From: Parcubacteria group bacterium Gr01-1014_31
GTDB taxonomy: Bacteria; Patescibacteriota; Patescibacteriia; Buchananbacterales; GWA2-38-13
Direction of reading: 5' to 3'
DNA: 64,000 nucleotides
Assembly (NCBI GenBank): GCA_007376135.1
Contig: VMFR01000001.1
Span: forward strand, 270,554-334,553
This document shows positions 10,093 through 20,051 of the stretch, piece after piece (the first letter of the stretch is position 1; each line of letters begins with the position of its first letter). The notes beneath the pieces are model-generated. The model saw nothing but the letters and a program-made list of their open reading frames with translations. It had not been told where the DNA came from and did no database searches. The position numbers and the translations under genes are program-made.

Positions 10093-10244
10093 ACCCCAGT
10101 ACCAATGGCGCAGCTGGTGCTATGGTGAACCGCTGCGCCCAAAACGGTGAGGGGCTATTCGCCCCGCGCGGTTCGTGAACGCCGGGAACGGTAGCGGAGG
10201 AACAGCGGCAGATGTGGTAGGGACGGCGCCATTGGTACGGGGTC
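10093..10244. repeat. ~150-nt inverted-repeat-bounded element, possibly related to the CCCCGT...ACGGGG family
   Basis: cccc(a)gtaccaatggcgc pairs with gcgccattggtacgggg. Confidence 0.5.
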
Positions 10245-10313
10245 ATTTCCGTACCCTCTTCTATTCCTCCCGCTCCGATGGCCATCGGAGCGGCTATCCT
10301 GGAGGTCAGAAAT

Positions 10314-10491
10314 GAAAAATCCCCCGCGTTCCCTACGCAGCGGGGGGCGTTGTTTGGGTCTGAGCTCAAAAGGAGCATCCATCGCTACTTCACAGGTATT
10401 GGTGGGACCGGTCCGGCGGTAGGGAGCGCCAAAACCAGTATGGCAGGCACGGCAATTGCAGGAACAGTAGCAGTTCGCGTCAGTCCGTCAA
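10314..10491 (-). ncRNA. Candidate small RNA (promoter to terminator, no ORF)
   Basis: Minus strand TTGACG-16 nt-TACTGT; terminator cccccgc/gcggggg + ATTTTT; shares the 12-mer GACCCAAACAAC with the 2866 unit. Confidence 0.4.
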
Positions 10492-10620
10492 GGTCGCGAC
10501 GACGGAACGGGTGTGCTAGGATGAAGTCACTATGCCCTGCGGGACAACGGGCCCATACATTCCAGTGACACCGCCAGTCTTTCCGAAATAACCAATTTTC
10601 CCAACTTCACTCACTCGACC

Positions 10621-10836
10621 GTGGTACTACTGGGTATGCGGACCGCCGGTATCATCATTCAGGCCCTGGGCGACGTCATCGTGGCCTTCACCGTGCTGCG
10701 AGTGCACCACCGTATGATGATGGAGCACAAGATCGACAACCGCGTCGTGCGCGTCATGCGACGTGAGCAGCAAGTGGGTTTTACCGGCATCGCCCTCATC
10801 ATCATCGGGACCTACCTGCAGGTGGCCGCCCCCTGA
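10621..10836 (+). CDS. Small membrane protein
   Basis: 71-aa ORF with two TM helices, coding-like codon usage, downstream terminator. Confidence 0.65.
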   Translation: MVLLGMRTAGIIIQALGDVIVAFTVLRVHHRMMMEHKIDNRVVRVMRREQQVGFTGIALIIIGTYLQVAAP

Positions 10837-11026
10837 CCTCACCCCCGCGTCAAGCCAAAACCACCCGGCGAGTGCCGGTTTTTTTGCGCCGTTGCGCGAA
10901 CATCGGCGGATCGCCCCGGGGTCACAAAATGCCCCCCTTGACAGGCCGATACCATGCCGCCACAATTCCGTATTGGCTCCTTTTGTATTAACGTATGTCT
11001 ATACGTCCTTTTTCCAGGAGGCTGCC

Positions 11027-11272
11027 GTGCGAGATGGCATTTTCGACGTCCTGCTCAAGGACACCTGCGATGGCCTGTACGCCACATCCCTTCGCCTGCT
11101 GCGCCACGCGCGCTACATCGTCTTGGGCCTCGCGCTGGGGCTCATCGTGAGCGGGGTGGTGTACGCCCTGCGGACCGCCCCCGTCGGGTGGACCATCATC
11201 TTCGGGGGCTTGGTGGTCCTCGTCCTCAACCTCTACACCTGGCGTCACGTTCATGACGCCACCCGGGAATGA
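11027..11272 (+). CDS. Small membrane protein
   Basis: TTGACA promoter near 10938, AGGAGG before a GTG start, two TM helices, terminator near 11302-11333. Confidence 0.65.
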   Translation: MRDGIFDVLLKDTCDGLYATSLRLLRHARYIVLGLALGLIVSGVVYALRTAPVGWTIIFGGLVVLVLNLYTWRHVHDATRE

Positions 11273-11365
11273 TCTGACCCCCGTACCGCTCTTTCCCGCC
11301 AACCCTGCTTCCAGCGAGCAGGGCTTCTTTTTTGTCGGACCGCGGGCGCGTGCTACCATGCCGGT

Positions 11366-11998
11366 ATGCGCAGACTTCCGCTTTTCCTCTTTGGCGCCAC
11401 GCTGATCGCCGGCTCCCTGCTGGTAGCGTGGGCCTGGCGGATCACCCGCTACCCCATACGCAATGCCCCCTCCGCCGGACGCGCCATGGTCGCCTTCGGC
11501 GACAGTTTGGTGTCCGGCGCAGGCGTCAAGCCCGGTGAAGAGTGGGTTGCTCTCTTGTCCGCCAGCCTCAAGCGTCCCATCGTGAATGCCGGCGTGCCGG
11601 GCGATACGACCGCCGCGGCGATCACCCGCCTCGACCAGCTGCAGGAACTCCATCCGGACCTGGTGATCGTGCTGCTCGGCGGCAACGATGCGCTCCAACG
11701 GGTCCCACCCGACCAGACCGTCGCCAACCTGCGCCGGATCATGACGCGCCTGCAGGATGGGGGTGCCGTGGTGCTGCTGGTGGGCGTGCGCGGCGGCGTC
11801 ATCGGCGATCCGTACCACCGGAAATTCGCCAAGCTCGCGCGCGAAACGAGCGCCGCGTATGTCCCTAATATTTTGGACAGCGTGCTGGGTAACGACTACC
11901 TGATGGCTGACGAATTACACCCGAACTTCCGCGGGCAGCGGGTGATGGCCGAACGGCTATTGCCCACGGTCCAGTGGCTACTGGGCCAGGACCGCTGA
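11366..11998 (+). CDS. GDSL/SGNH arylesterase (TesA-like)
   Basis: FGDSL, NAGVPGDTT, LGGND, DELHPN. Confidence 0.9.
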   Translation: MRRLPLFLFGATLIAGSLLVAWAWRITRYPIRNAPSAGRAMVAFGDSLVSGAGVKPGEEWVALLSASLKRPIVNAGVPGDTTAAAITRLDQLQELHPDLVIVLLGGNDALQRVPPDQTVANLRRIMTRLQDGGAVVLLVGVRGGVIGDPYHRKFAKLARETSAAYVPNILDSVLGNDYLMADELHPNFRGQRVMAERLLPTVQWLLGQDR

Positions 11999-12085
11999 GG
12001 TTCGGGACGGCTTGACGGCGGCGCAGGCGAACGGTACCGTGAACGCGGTACTTTTTTTGCCGTACCACGGCGGAAAGGAGCCGCA

Positions 12086-12295
12086 ATGGACTCCGTGGTC
12101 AGCTGGTTCGCGTTCGCCGCGTTCGTGGCCTACGTCTTTTCCCGCTTCATCCTCCCCTTGGCGGGTGTCTGCGGTCTGCTGGGCCTGGGCCTGCTGTTTG
12201 CCCTCCCGACGTCGGGCTGCGTGCTCATCTGCGCCGGCGTGCTCCTTGGCGGCCTTTGCCAGATCGGCAGGGCCATATTCAAGGACCTCGAGTAA
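12086..12295 (+). CDS. Small hydrophobic membrane protein
   Basis: TTGACG-17 nt-TACCGT promoter at 12012, AAGGAG RBS, terminator near 12300-12329. Confidence 0.6.
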   Translation: MDSVVSWFAFAAFVAYVFSRFILPLAGVCGLLGLGLLFALPTSGCVLICAGVLLGGLCQIGRAIFKDLE

Positions 12296-12368
12296 GTATG
12301 CCGTCCTCCTCCCTGGGCGGCCTTTTTTTAGGCTGACACGACCGCTGCCTTCTGATACGCTGAAGAAC

Positions 12369-12755
12369 ATGCCCCCAGCAACTCCGCGGCGCATATTCGA
12401 GCAATGGATATCCCAGGCCGTCGCCGCCCTTCCCGACGAGCTGCGCGCGCGCCTGGAGAACGTCGCGTTCGTACTGGAAGATGATGACCGGTCCGGCCGG
12501 TACCTGGGGCTGTATCATGGCGTGCCCAAGCCGCACCGCACGCTCAACGACAGCGGCGTGCTGCCGGATAAGATCACCATCTTCCAGACGCCCATCGAGC
12601 GCGAAGCGGATTCCCCCGAGGCCCTGCCCGACCTGGTGCGGCTGGTCGTCTGGCACGAGATCGGCCACTACTTCGGTTTTTCCGAACGGCGCGTCCGACA
12701 GATGGAACACCACTGGGCCAAACGGCTGAAAACCCGCGACCATGAGCATCATTAA
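12369..12755 (+). CDS. Minimal zincin-like metallopeptidase (DUF1025/Zincin_1)
   Basis: LGLYHGVP, PDKITIF, HEIGHYFG. Confidence 0.85.
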   Translation: MPPATPRRIFEQWISQAVAALPDELRARLENVAFVLEDDDRSGRYLGLYHGVPKPHRTLNDSGVLPDKITIFQTPIEREADSPEALPDLVRLVVWHEIGHYFGFSERRVRQMEHHWAKRLKTRDHEHH

Positions 12756-14277
12756 CGACCTGCGCGATTGGCGCAACCGAACGGCCCGCCAGGAAGGTGT
12801 GGAGCCGTACTTCGTGCTGCACAATAAGACCATCGAGGAAATCGCTCGCGCCAAGCCCGAAACCGCCGACGCCCTGGCGAACATCAAAGGCCTGGGCGAA
12901 AAAAAGATCGCCAAGTACGGGAGCGCCATCCTGACGATCTTGCGCGGCGTTCCCAAGGACGCACCGGCTTCGGACGATACGGTGCTCACCGTCGGGCAGT
13001 ACCTTGCCCGTCTCAACGACGCGCTCGTCGGGCTGCCCGCCCGTCTGCGGGGCGAGGTCGGCCGCATCAACGAACGCGAGAACGTCATCTATTTCGATTT
13101 CCGCGACGGGAGCGGCGATGCCGTGCTCTCTTGCCTGATCTTTTCCAGCCGCTACCGCCTGATGGGCGTGGAGCTGCGCGAAGGCATGGAGATCGTTATT
13201 ACCGGCGTGCCGTCGGTATGGCCGCGCACCGGACGATTGAGCTTCCGCACCGAAACCCTGGAACTGGTGGGCGAAGGAAAGTTGCAGCAAGCGTACCTCG
13301 CCCTGCAGCGCAAACTGCAGGCCGAAGGGTTATTTGCCCCGGAGCGGAAGCGTCCGCTCCCCGCCTACGCCCAGCGGATCGGCCTCATCACGTCGGCACA
13401 CGGCGACGCCCTGTTCGATTTCACCAGCAACCTCACGCGCGCGGGGCTACGCATCGAATTCCTTGATTGCCGGGTGGAGGGTGTGCGCGCCGTTCCCGAA
13501 CTGGTTTCCGCGCTCGCACATTTCAACGCGCGGCCGCCGGATGCGGTGGTGGTCATCCGCGGCGGCGGCAGCTGGGAATCGCTGCAGGCCTTCAACAACG
13601 AAGCGGTGTGCCGCGCGGTCGGTGATAGCCGCGCACCCGTACTGGCCGGCATCGGCCATGAACGCGACGTGCCGCTGGCGGCGATGGTCGCCGACCGCTT
13701 TGTCTCCACGCCGACAGCGACCGCCGTGCTCTTGTCGCAGCCCTGGCAGGACGCTCGGTATTCGGTCGGCAGGTCGGCGCAGATGGTGGAACAACGCCTG
13801 AGCGAACAACTCGCCCGGCAACGCCGGGACATCGCCGTGATCGCGTCCGCCGTGGCGGACGCCGCCCACCAGCCCCTGCTGGACCAGCGGCAGCGCCTTC
13901 GGCTGGCCACCATGCGCATCCAGAACGGATTTGCGGCCGTGCTGCGCCGCTGGCCCACTTTGGTTTCCCGCATCTCGTCGGGACTGGCGGCGCTGCGGCA
14001 ACGACTTGGGACCCATCGACTGCAGCTGCGCTCCTGCGCGCAGACGGTCTCGCGCCGCTTACCGGCCGAACACATCCGCGCCCGCGCCGCCTTGAACCGA
14101 CTCCACCAGATCGCCGACGCCCGCCACCCTCAACGATTGCTCGAACTGGGCTACAGCCTTGTCCGACATAGCGGAAAACTGGTACGCTCCCGTCAGCAGC
14201 TCACCAAGGGCGCCGACGTGTCGCTGCAGTTTCATGACGGCAGCGCATCGGGCACCATCACAAAATTAACCCCCTAA
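12742..14277 (+). CDS. xseA: Exodeoxyribonuclease VII large subunit with an N-terminal HRDC domain
   Basis: HRDC-like LRDWRNRTARQEGVEPYFVLHNKTI..IKGLGEKKIAKYG, then OB fold, IGLITS, RGGGSWESLQAFN, GIGHERD, STPTA. Confidence 0.92.
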   Translation: MSIINDLRDWRNRTARQEGVEPYFVLHNKTIEEIARAKPETADALANIKGLGEKKIAKYGSAILTILRGVPKDAPASDDTVLTVGQYLARLNDALVGLPARLRGEVGRINERENVIYFDFRDGSGDAVLSCLIFSSRYRLMGVELREGMEIVITGVPSVWPRTGRLSFRTETLELVGEGKLQQAYLALQRKLQAEGLFAPERKRPLPAYAQRIGLITSAHGDALFDFTSNLTRAGLRIEFLDCRVEGVRAVPELVSALAHFNARPPDAVVVIRGGGSWESLQAFNNEAVCRAVGDSRAPVLAGIGHERDVPLAAMVADRFVSTPTATAVLLSQPWQDARYSVGRSAQMVEQRLSEQLARQRRDIAVIASAVADAAHQPLLDQRQRLRLATMRIQNGFAAVLRRWPTLVSRISSGLAALRQRLGTHRLQLRSCAQTVSRRLPAEHIRARAALNRLHQIADARHPQRLLELGYSLVRHSGKLVRSRQQLTKGADVSLQFHDGSASGTITKLTP

Positions 14278-14281
14278 CGGT

Positions 14282-14521
14282 ATGACCACCCCAGAACAAA
14301 ACTTCGGGAAGCTGATGCAACAGCTGCAGGAGATCGTGGACTGGTACGAGCAGCAAGAAGAACTGGACCTAGAAGAAGGGCTGAAAAAAGCGAAGCACGC
14401 GGCGGAGCTCATCCGCCAGTGTGCGCAGCGCCTTTCGCAGCTGGAGAACGAATTCGTCAAGATCAAGGCGGACCTGGAAGCCGCTTCCGGACCAGCGCCA
14501 GACCCCAATAGCGCGGAGTGA
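14282..14521 (+). CDS. xseB: Exodeoxyribonuclease VII small subunit
   Basis: F..LQEIV....ELDLEEGL pattern; directly follows xseA. Confidence 0.9.
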   Translation: MTTPEQNFGKLMQQLQEIVDWYEQQEELDLEEGLKKAKHAAELIRQCAQRLSQLENEFVKIKADLEAASGPAPDPNSAE

Positions 14522-14982
14522 TGCGACGGCTTCGGGACGACAACTACGAGCGGAGCAACGCCGTCACGACGGTGGAAGTCGCCATCACCGCCGCCGCCCG
14601 CGACCTGACCGATCGGCTCCTTCGCTCCTCCGGCACCGCGGAGCGCCAGGGACTGGGCGAAGCGCTCTTGGATGAACTGGCGGATGGCGCCCGCGTGGAT
14701 ATCTGCACGCTCAAGGTGTCCGACACCCAACAATATCACCGGCGGGTCGCCGGACGAACCGTGTTCAAGCAATACGGCTACTACCGGCCGCAATCGCACT
14801 ACATTTATATCCAGAACAAAACGGCCGTACGCGGCCAGATCCTGGCCCCCCGATCGTTCGTGGAGACTTTGCTGCACGAGTGGACCCACCACTACGATTT
14901 CCTTGTGCTCAAACTTCGCTCCATCCATACGGCCGGATTCTACGCGCGGTTGCGCGACTTAAAAGAAAAGCTCGGCATTTGA
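14521..14982 (+). CDS. Hypothetical HExxH zinc metalloprotein (SprT-like)
   Basis: TLLHEWTHH...HTAGF. Confidence 0.7.
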   Translation: MRRLRDDNYERSNAVTTVEVAITAAARDLTDRLLRSSGTAERQGLGEALLDELADGARVDICTLKVSDTQQYHRRVAGRTVFKQYGYYRPQSHYIYIQNKTAVRGQILAPRSFVETLLHEWTHHYDFLVLKLRSIHTAGFYARLRDLKEKLGI

Positions 14983-15171
14983 TACCACGGAATGAGGCGG
15001 GATGAATGCACTTTACGCAGCAGCGGACCGAAGCACGGTGTGCAGATCAGCGACGCGGATCACGCACAGATACATTTTTTTTGTGAATAGCGTCGCAAAA
15101 CTGTTTTTTATGGGTCGACGCTTCCGCTCACCACCGCACGGTGCTACAATGTCCTTATTAATGTTAACCAC

Positions 15172-15435
15172 ATGACTATGGCGACCGCAAAAAAACGCGT
15201 TGCAAAACCCGCCATTCGCCGTCAGCCGCCGCTGCCGGAGCAGTTGAAAACCGCCCTGCACGAGATGACTCAGGAAGTGGTGACCTTGGCGAAGGAAGCG
15301 AAGCGAAAATTCGACGGTCTGGATGATGCGACCAAACGCAAGGTGCTCACCGGGTTAAGCGGCGCGGCGGCGCTGTTGGCGCTGCGGGCGCACCACCGGC
15401 ACAAGAAACGCTGGAAAGCCAAACATCAGAAGTAA
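15172..15435 (+). CDS. Small basic hypothetical protein
   Basis: 87-aa ORF, upstream TACAAT -10-like element, downstream terminator. Confidence 0.55.
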   Translation: MTMATAKKRVAKPAIRRQPPLPEQLKTALHEMTQEVVTLAKEAKRKFDGLDDATKRKVLTGLSGAAALLALRAHHRHKKRWKAKHQK

Positions 15436-15440
15436 ATACG

Positions 15441-15471
15441 AAAAACTGCCCGCTCGCGGGCAGTTTTTTTT
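15441..15471. terminator. Bidirectional intrinsic terminator
   Basis: AAAAACTGCCCGC-TC-GCGGGCAGTTTTT between convergent genes. Confidence 0.8.
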
Positions 15472-15485
15472 ACGCGCGCGTTAAC

Positions 15486-16787
15486 CTAGCGCGGCCACTC
15501 CGGACCCTGGCGCACGAGCAGCTCTTGCGCGCGTTGCGGCTCGGCCATCAGTTCCTTGACGACACGCTCCATCCGCACCCCCTGCGACCCCTTGACCAAC
15601 AGCACGTCGCCCGGCTCCAGCCGGTCCTGCAGGAAACGCCCGGCGGTCGCCGCATCCGGGAACGTGAACACGCGCTCCTCCGGCATGCCGGCCTCACGCG
15701 CCCCACGCGCGATATCGCGGCTCAACTCGCCGACGGCGACCAGGATATCCGTGCGCGAGGTGGCGACCAGCGCCCCCAGCTCGCGGTGCGCTCGGCCGGC
15801 GATCCTCCCCAGCTCGAGCATGTCGCCCAAGACCGCGAACTTTTGTCCATCGCGGCTCGGAACGGAGTCCAGCAGCCGTACGGCGGCGGCGGCGGCCGAC
15901 GGAGAACTATTATAGCTGTCGTCAATGATGGCGCTGCGCTTGATACCGGGGACCAGGCGCGATCGGCCCGGCGGCGGTTGATAGGGGCTGGCCGCGGCAA
16001 CCGCGTCACGCAACCGCATTCCTTCCGCCACGCCAACGGCAATTCCCGCCAACGGCGCGTAGAGTATCGCCTCCCCCAGGACATTGGGCAGCGAGAGCGG
16101 CGCGATCTCCTCCTTGTACTGCACGGTGCAGGCGATGCCGCCGTGCAACCGTCCTTCCGCATCCGTCCCGTAGGTCGTGCGCACGCCGACGGCCCGCAAG
16201 AGGGCGCCTTCGCTCATTCCGTAGGTGATGACGCGCGCTTTGGTTTTCTTCGCCATGGCCGCGGCCAGGGGTTCGTCGGCGTTGAGCACCGCCGTACCGT
16301 CGGCGGGCAACGCGGCAACCAGCCTCCCCTTCTCGGCGGCGACTGCGGCCACGGTCTTCATCGTCGCCAGGTGCACCGCGGACACCGCGGTCACGACGGC
16401 AATCTTGGGCTGCAGAAATTCCACCAGGTAGGCCATATCCTGAGGCTTATCGACGCCCAACTCCAGCACCAGCCGCGCCGGATAGCGCCGGCGCGCGCCC
16501 CAGCCCTGCCGGATACCGTCCCACAGCACGGTCAGCCACCGCAACGGCGAGCGCAGACCGCTTTCCTGATCCAGCACCGCCAGCGGCACCCCCAATTCGT
16601 TGTTGTAGTTCTTGGGGCTGACCCGCAGCGAATCCAGGCTGCCCAGCACGAGCGCGATGGCTTGCACCGACGAAGTCTTGCCGACGCTCCCGGTAACGCC
16701 GATGACCGTCGGATGGTAACGGAACACAACCCGGCGCGCGAGCATGCGCAGGGCACGTTGGAGTGTGTGACGAATAACGGGGATCAT
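15486..16787 (-). CDS. murF: UDP-N-acetylmuramoyl-tripeptide--D-alanyl-D-alanine ligase
   Basis: GVTGSVGKTS, NNELGVP, DDSYNSSP, LGDMLELG, LVKGSQG. Confidence 0.93.
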   Translation of the reverse strand: MIPVIRHTLQRALRMLARRVVFRYHPTVIGVTGSVGKTSSVQAIALVLGSLDSLRVSPKNYNNELGVPLAVLDQESGLRSPLRWLTVLWDGIRQGWGARRRYPARLVLELGVDKPQDMAYLVEFLQPKIAVVTAVSAVHLATMKTVAAVAAEKGRLVAALPADGTAVLNADEPLAAAMAKKTKARVITYGMSEGALLRAVGVRTTYGTDAEGRLHGGIACTVQYKEEIAPLSLPNVLGEAILYAPLAGIAVGVAEGMRLRDAVAAASPYQPPPGRSRLVPGIKRSAIIDDSYNSSPSAAAAAVRLLDSVPSRDGQKFAVLGDMLELGRIAGRAHRELGALVATSRTDILVAVGELSRDIARGAREAGMPEERVFTFPDAATAGRFLQDRLEPGDVLLVKGSQGVRMERVVKELMAEPQRAQELLVRQGPEWPR

Positions 16788-16791
16788 ACCA

Positions 16792-18567
16792 CTACCGCTG
16801 CGGCGGCAATTGGAAGTAGTCTACCAAAAACTCGCCGAGCTGACGAAAGATGACGGTCGTGGAATCGGCGGCATGCTTGACCTTGGTCGGCCGATCCAAT
16901 TTCACCAGAATGACGAAGGCCGGCTTGTAGGCGGGGAAATACCCGATGAACGTGTGGTTGACCTCCTCGCCATAGCCGCCGGCGGGGTCGGCGATCTGGG
17001 CCGTGCCGGTCTTGCCGGCGACGTAGTACCCGTTCAGTTTGGCCTTGTGGTCGTAGGCACCCTCCAGGGCCTGCACCAACATCCCGGTCACCGTGCTGGC
17101 GGTACGGGACGTGATCACCTGGCGAATGGCCTGCGGCGCGGTTTTCACCACCGTGCCATCGGCATGCCGTCGTTCCGCAACGATGTAGGGTCGCATCAGC
17201 GTGCCATTGTTGGCCAGCACCTCGTAGGCGAGGGCAAGCTGCAACGGCGTGACGGTGATCCCCTGCCCGAAGGAAGCGGTCATGGCATAGATCTCGCCTC
17301 GCCGGTCCAGGCTGCTGATGTTGCCGGCCACCTCGGCGTCCAGCGTGATACCCGTCGGCTTGCCAAATCCGAAATCCTGCACGTAGCGGCGGAAGGCCTC
17401 CTTCCCCACCTTGGTGACCACATAGACGGCTCCGGTATTGAGGGATTTCTCCAGCACCTGCACCATGGTCTGTAGACCGTGCGCCTGCAGGTCGGAATTA
17501 CGGATGCGCTTGCCGTCCGCCAGCTTGATCTCGCCGGAATCTTCATACACGTCCTGGGGTTTCACCGCGCCGCGGTCGATCGCCGCCGCCATGGTGATGG
17601 GCTTGAAGACCGATCCGGGCTCGTAGGCTTCAAAAATAGCGGGATTGTTATAGACCGAGGGGTCCTTTGCTTCGGAGTACAGCACGGGGTCGAAATTCGG
17701 CACGCTGCACATCGCCAGCACCGCGCCGGTGGACGGCTGCAGCACGATGACCGTGCCGCCCTGCGCCGAGAATGTTTCCACACCCTGCCGCAGACGATCG
17801 CACGCGGCGATCTGCACCGCGCGGTCGACGGTCAGCACCAGGTCGTCGCCGTCCCGCGCCTCTTGCACGCTCCGTTTGCCAATCGCCAGCGGCCGCCCGT
17901 AGGCGTCCGCCACCCCGCGCTCGCTGCCGGCTGCTCCGGCCAGCTCACGCTCGAAGTACCCCTCCAAACCATACCGGCCGACCCGCCGGTCGTCGGAATA
18001 ACCGATAAACCCCAGCAGCTGGCCGCTGAATCCCGGTTCCGGGTAATACCGGTAGCTCTCGCGCACGTCCGTGATACCGGGCAGCGCCGCGGCACGGATC
18101 TTCTCGACCTGTTCCTTGGTCACCTTGCGCCACAAGGGTTCATACGGATCGGAACGGCGCGAAAGTTTCGCCGCGATCGACGGCCATTCCTCGGGCGTGA
18201 GGTCCAGTACGGTTGAGAGCGTATCCACGACCCGGCCGGGGTTGGTCACCTTGCTCGGATTGGCGACGACCAGATAGTAGGTGCGGTTGGTGACGATCGG
18301 GTACTCTCGGCCGCGCTCCCGCACGAAGATCGAGCCGCGATCCGGCTCCAGTTCGCGGTACGCGTCCTGCGCCTTGGCCGCCAAGCTCATAAAGTAGTCA
18401 TGCCGCACCACCTGCAGATAGAATAAACGCACGATGATGACCAGCGCGCACAAAAAAAAGACGGCGCCCAGCATCCAAGCGCGCCGTATGGTCGGATCGG
18501 TGACCAACCGTGCGTGCCGCGGCAGCATCGGCTGCGCTATCCCACGGCGGGGAGCGGCGTCCAGCAT
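16792..18567 (-). CDS. ftsI: Class B penicillin-binding protein (FtsI); start may be near 18528
   Basis: YEPGSVFK (SxxK), KSLN (SxN), GKTGTAQ; dcw context. Confidence 0.9.
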   Translation of the reverse strand: MLDAAPRRGIAQPMLPRHARLVTDPTIRRAWMLGAVFFLCALVIIVRLFYLQVVRHDYFMSLAAKAQDAYRELEPDRGSIFVRERGREYPIVTNRTYYLVVANPSKVTNPGRVVDTLSTVLDLTPEEWPSIAAKLSRRSDPYEPLWRKVTKEQVEKIRAAALPGITDVRESYRYYPEPGFSGQLLGFIGYSDDRRVGRYGLEGYFERELAGAAGSERGVADAYGRPLAIGKRSVQEARDGDDLVLTVDRAVQIAACDRLRQGVETFSAQGGTVIVLQPSTGAVLAMCSVPNFDPVLYSEAKDPSVYNNPAIFEAYEPGSVFKPITMAAAIDRGAVKPQDVYEDSGEIKLADGKRIRNSDLQAHGLQTMVQVLEKSLNTGAVYVVTKVGKEAFRRYVQDFGFGKPTGITLDAEVAGNISSLDRRGEIYAMTASFGQGITVTPLQLALAYEVLANNGTLMRPYIVAERRHADGTVVKTAPQAIRQVITSRTASTVTGMLVQALEGAYDHKAKLNGYYVAGKTGTAQIADPAGGYGEEVNHTFIGYFPAYKPAFVILVKLDRPTKVKHAADSTTVIFRQLGEFLVDYFQLPPQR

Positions 18568-18579
18568 CGGGTCGGTGCG

Positions 18580-18951
18580 TTAGTTCCCGGCGCTCCCGGA
18601 CGGCGCGTAGCCGACCGGACCGGCGGCCGCGTTGACGTAGCGAACGTCATTGGCCGGCACCAGCTGCAGCGAGGAGACGCGCCGCTCGAGATTCTGGAAT
18701 GACTGCAGCTCCAGGGCCCGGCTCTCCAGGTCACGGGTTTCCAATCGCAGCTGATCGAGCTGGTCGCGCAGGGACTGCATCTGGTACCCCTTCGCCGCCA
18801 AGCTGTTGGCCTGCACCAGGTACGAAGCGAGCGCGAACAGCAACCCGCCAACGGCGACCGTACACCAGACCCGCGGGTTGAATGAGGGCAACGCCGCCGC
18901 CGTCGCTCCGGTCCCGCCGGTACGATGGTGCATCGCGTAGAAACGTCCCAT
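18580..18951 (-). CDS. FtsL-like cell division protein
   Basis: Single TM helix plus coiled coil, between rsmH and ftsI. Confidence 0.7.
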   Translation of the reverse strand: MGRFYAMHHRTGGTGATAAALPSFNPRVWCTVAVGGLLFALASYLVQANSLAAKGYQMQSLRDQLDQLRLETRDLESRALELQSFQNLERRVSSLQLVPANDVRYVNAAAGPVGYAPSGSAGN

Positions 18952-18963
18952 AGGTTTTTGTGA

Positions 18964-19941
18964 TTATGTTTGTTTGATTAAAGGGGTTTGATTGAAAAGT
19001 CGTTGGGCGATCCGGAGCTTGGCGCTGCGGCTGCGGAAATTAGCAGCCACTTCGGCGTCACCCGGGACCACGGGCTTGCGGGTCACGACCGCGAGGTACG
19101 GCCCGCCGCAGGTACAGCGCGGCGCGTCACTGGGGCACCGGCAGGGCCGGGCATACTCGCGGAAGAACTGCTTGACGATACGGTCTTCCAGAGAGTGGTA
19201 GCTGATGACCGCGATCCGCGCCCCCGGCGGCAGGAGCGTCAGGGAGGAGTGCAGGGCGGCCTGGATATTCTCCAGTTCCTGGTTGACCGCGATACGCAGG
19301 GCTTGGAAGGTGCGGGTCGCCGGATGCCGGCGCGATGGTTTACCGTAGTGGTGGCGGTACACGCCCGCAACCACCGCGGCCAGCTGCGCCCCTTGGCGGA
19401 ACGGTTCGCGCTCGCGCAACCGGACGATGGCCGATGCGATCGGGCGCGCCAATGGCTCCTCGCCGTAGGTTCTCAAGACGTCGGCCAATTTGCCCACCGG
19501 CATGCGGTTCACCAGGTCCGCCGCGGTCGGTATCTCGGCCGTCGCATCGAAACGGAAGTCAAGACGCTCGGCGTCAAAGCCGAATCCCGCGTCCGGGGCG
19601 TCCAGCTGTAGCGACGATAGCCCCAAGTCCAACAGGCACCCGCCGCTCGGAGTGAATCCGAGCGTTCGGGCGACTTCCTCCATGGTTGTGAAATTGCCGT
19701 GCGCAACGAGCATCCGTTCCTTCATTGCGGGATCCTGAGAGATCACCTTGAGCCGCGCGACCGCGCTCGGGTCCCAGTCGATGGCCAGGACCTGTCCATC
19801 CGGCGCGGTGGCGGAAAGCAATGCCCGCGTATGCCCCCCGTTGCCGGCCGTGCCATCAATGAAATGCTTCCCGGGAGCGGCGGCCAGCCCGCTCACCACT
19901 TCCGCGACCAGCACCGGTTGATGGCCTTCAGGACGGGGCAT
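18964..19941 (-). CDS. rsmH: 16S rRNA m4C1402 methyltransferase
   Basis: HQPVL, DGTAGNGGH, DLGLSSLQLD, FQALRIAVNQEL, SYHSLEDR, RSRSAKLR. Confidence 0.95.
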   Translation of the reverse strand: MPRPEGHQPVLVAEVVSGLAAAPGKHFIDGTAGNGGHTRALLSATAPDGQVLAIDWDPSAVARLKVISQDPAMKERMLVAHGNFTTMEEVARTLGFTPSGGCLLDLGLSSLQLDAPDAGFGFDAERLDFRFDATAEIPTAADLVNRMPVGKLADVLRTYGEEPLARPIASAIVRLREREPFRQGAQLAAVVAGVYRHHYGKPSRRHPATRTFQALRIAVNQELENIQAALHSSLTLLPPGARIAVISYHSLEDRIVKQFFREYARPCRCPSDAPRCTCGGPYLAVVTRKPVVPGDAEVAANFRSRSAKLRIAQRLFNQTPLIKQT

Positions 19942-20048
19942 ACCCCGTTCGACAATGGTCAAACATCGGTTTACTACCCGCCAAGAAATGAGGAGGCCAT
20001 TCGCAACTTGGGCACACTCCCCAACCGTCCATGGCCAAACGGGGCATA
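19939..20048. repeat. ~100-nt hairpin element flanked by CATA, at the rsmH start codon
   Basis: CATA-ccccgttcgacaatggtc...ccatggccaaacgggg-CATA. Confidence 0.7.
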
Positions 20049-20051
20049 GCC

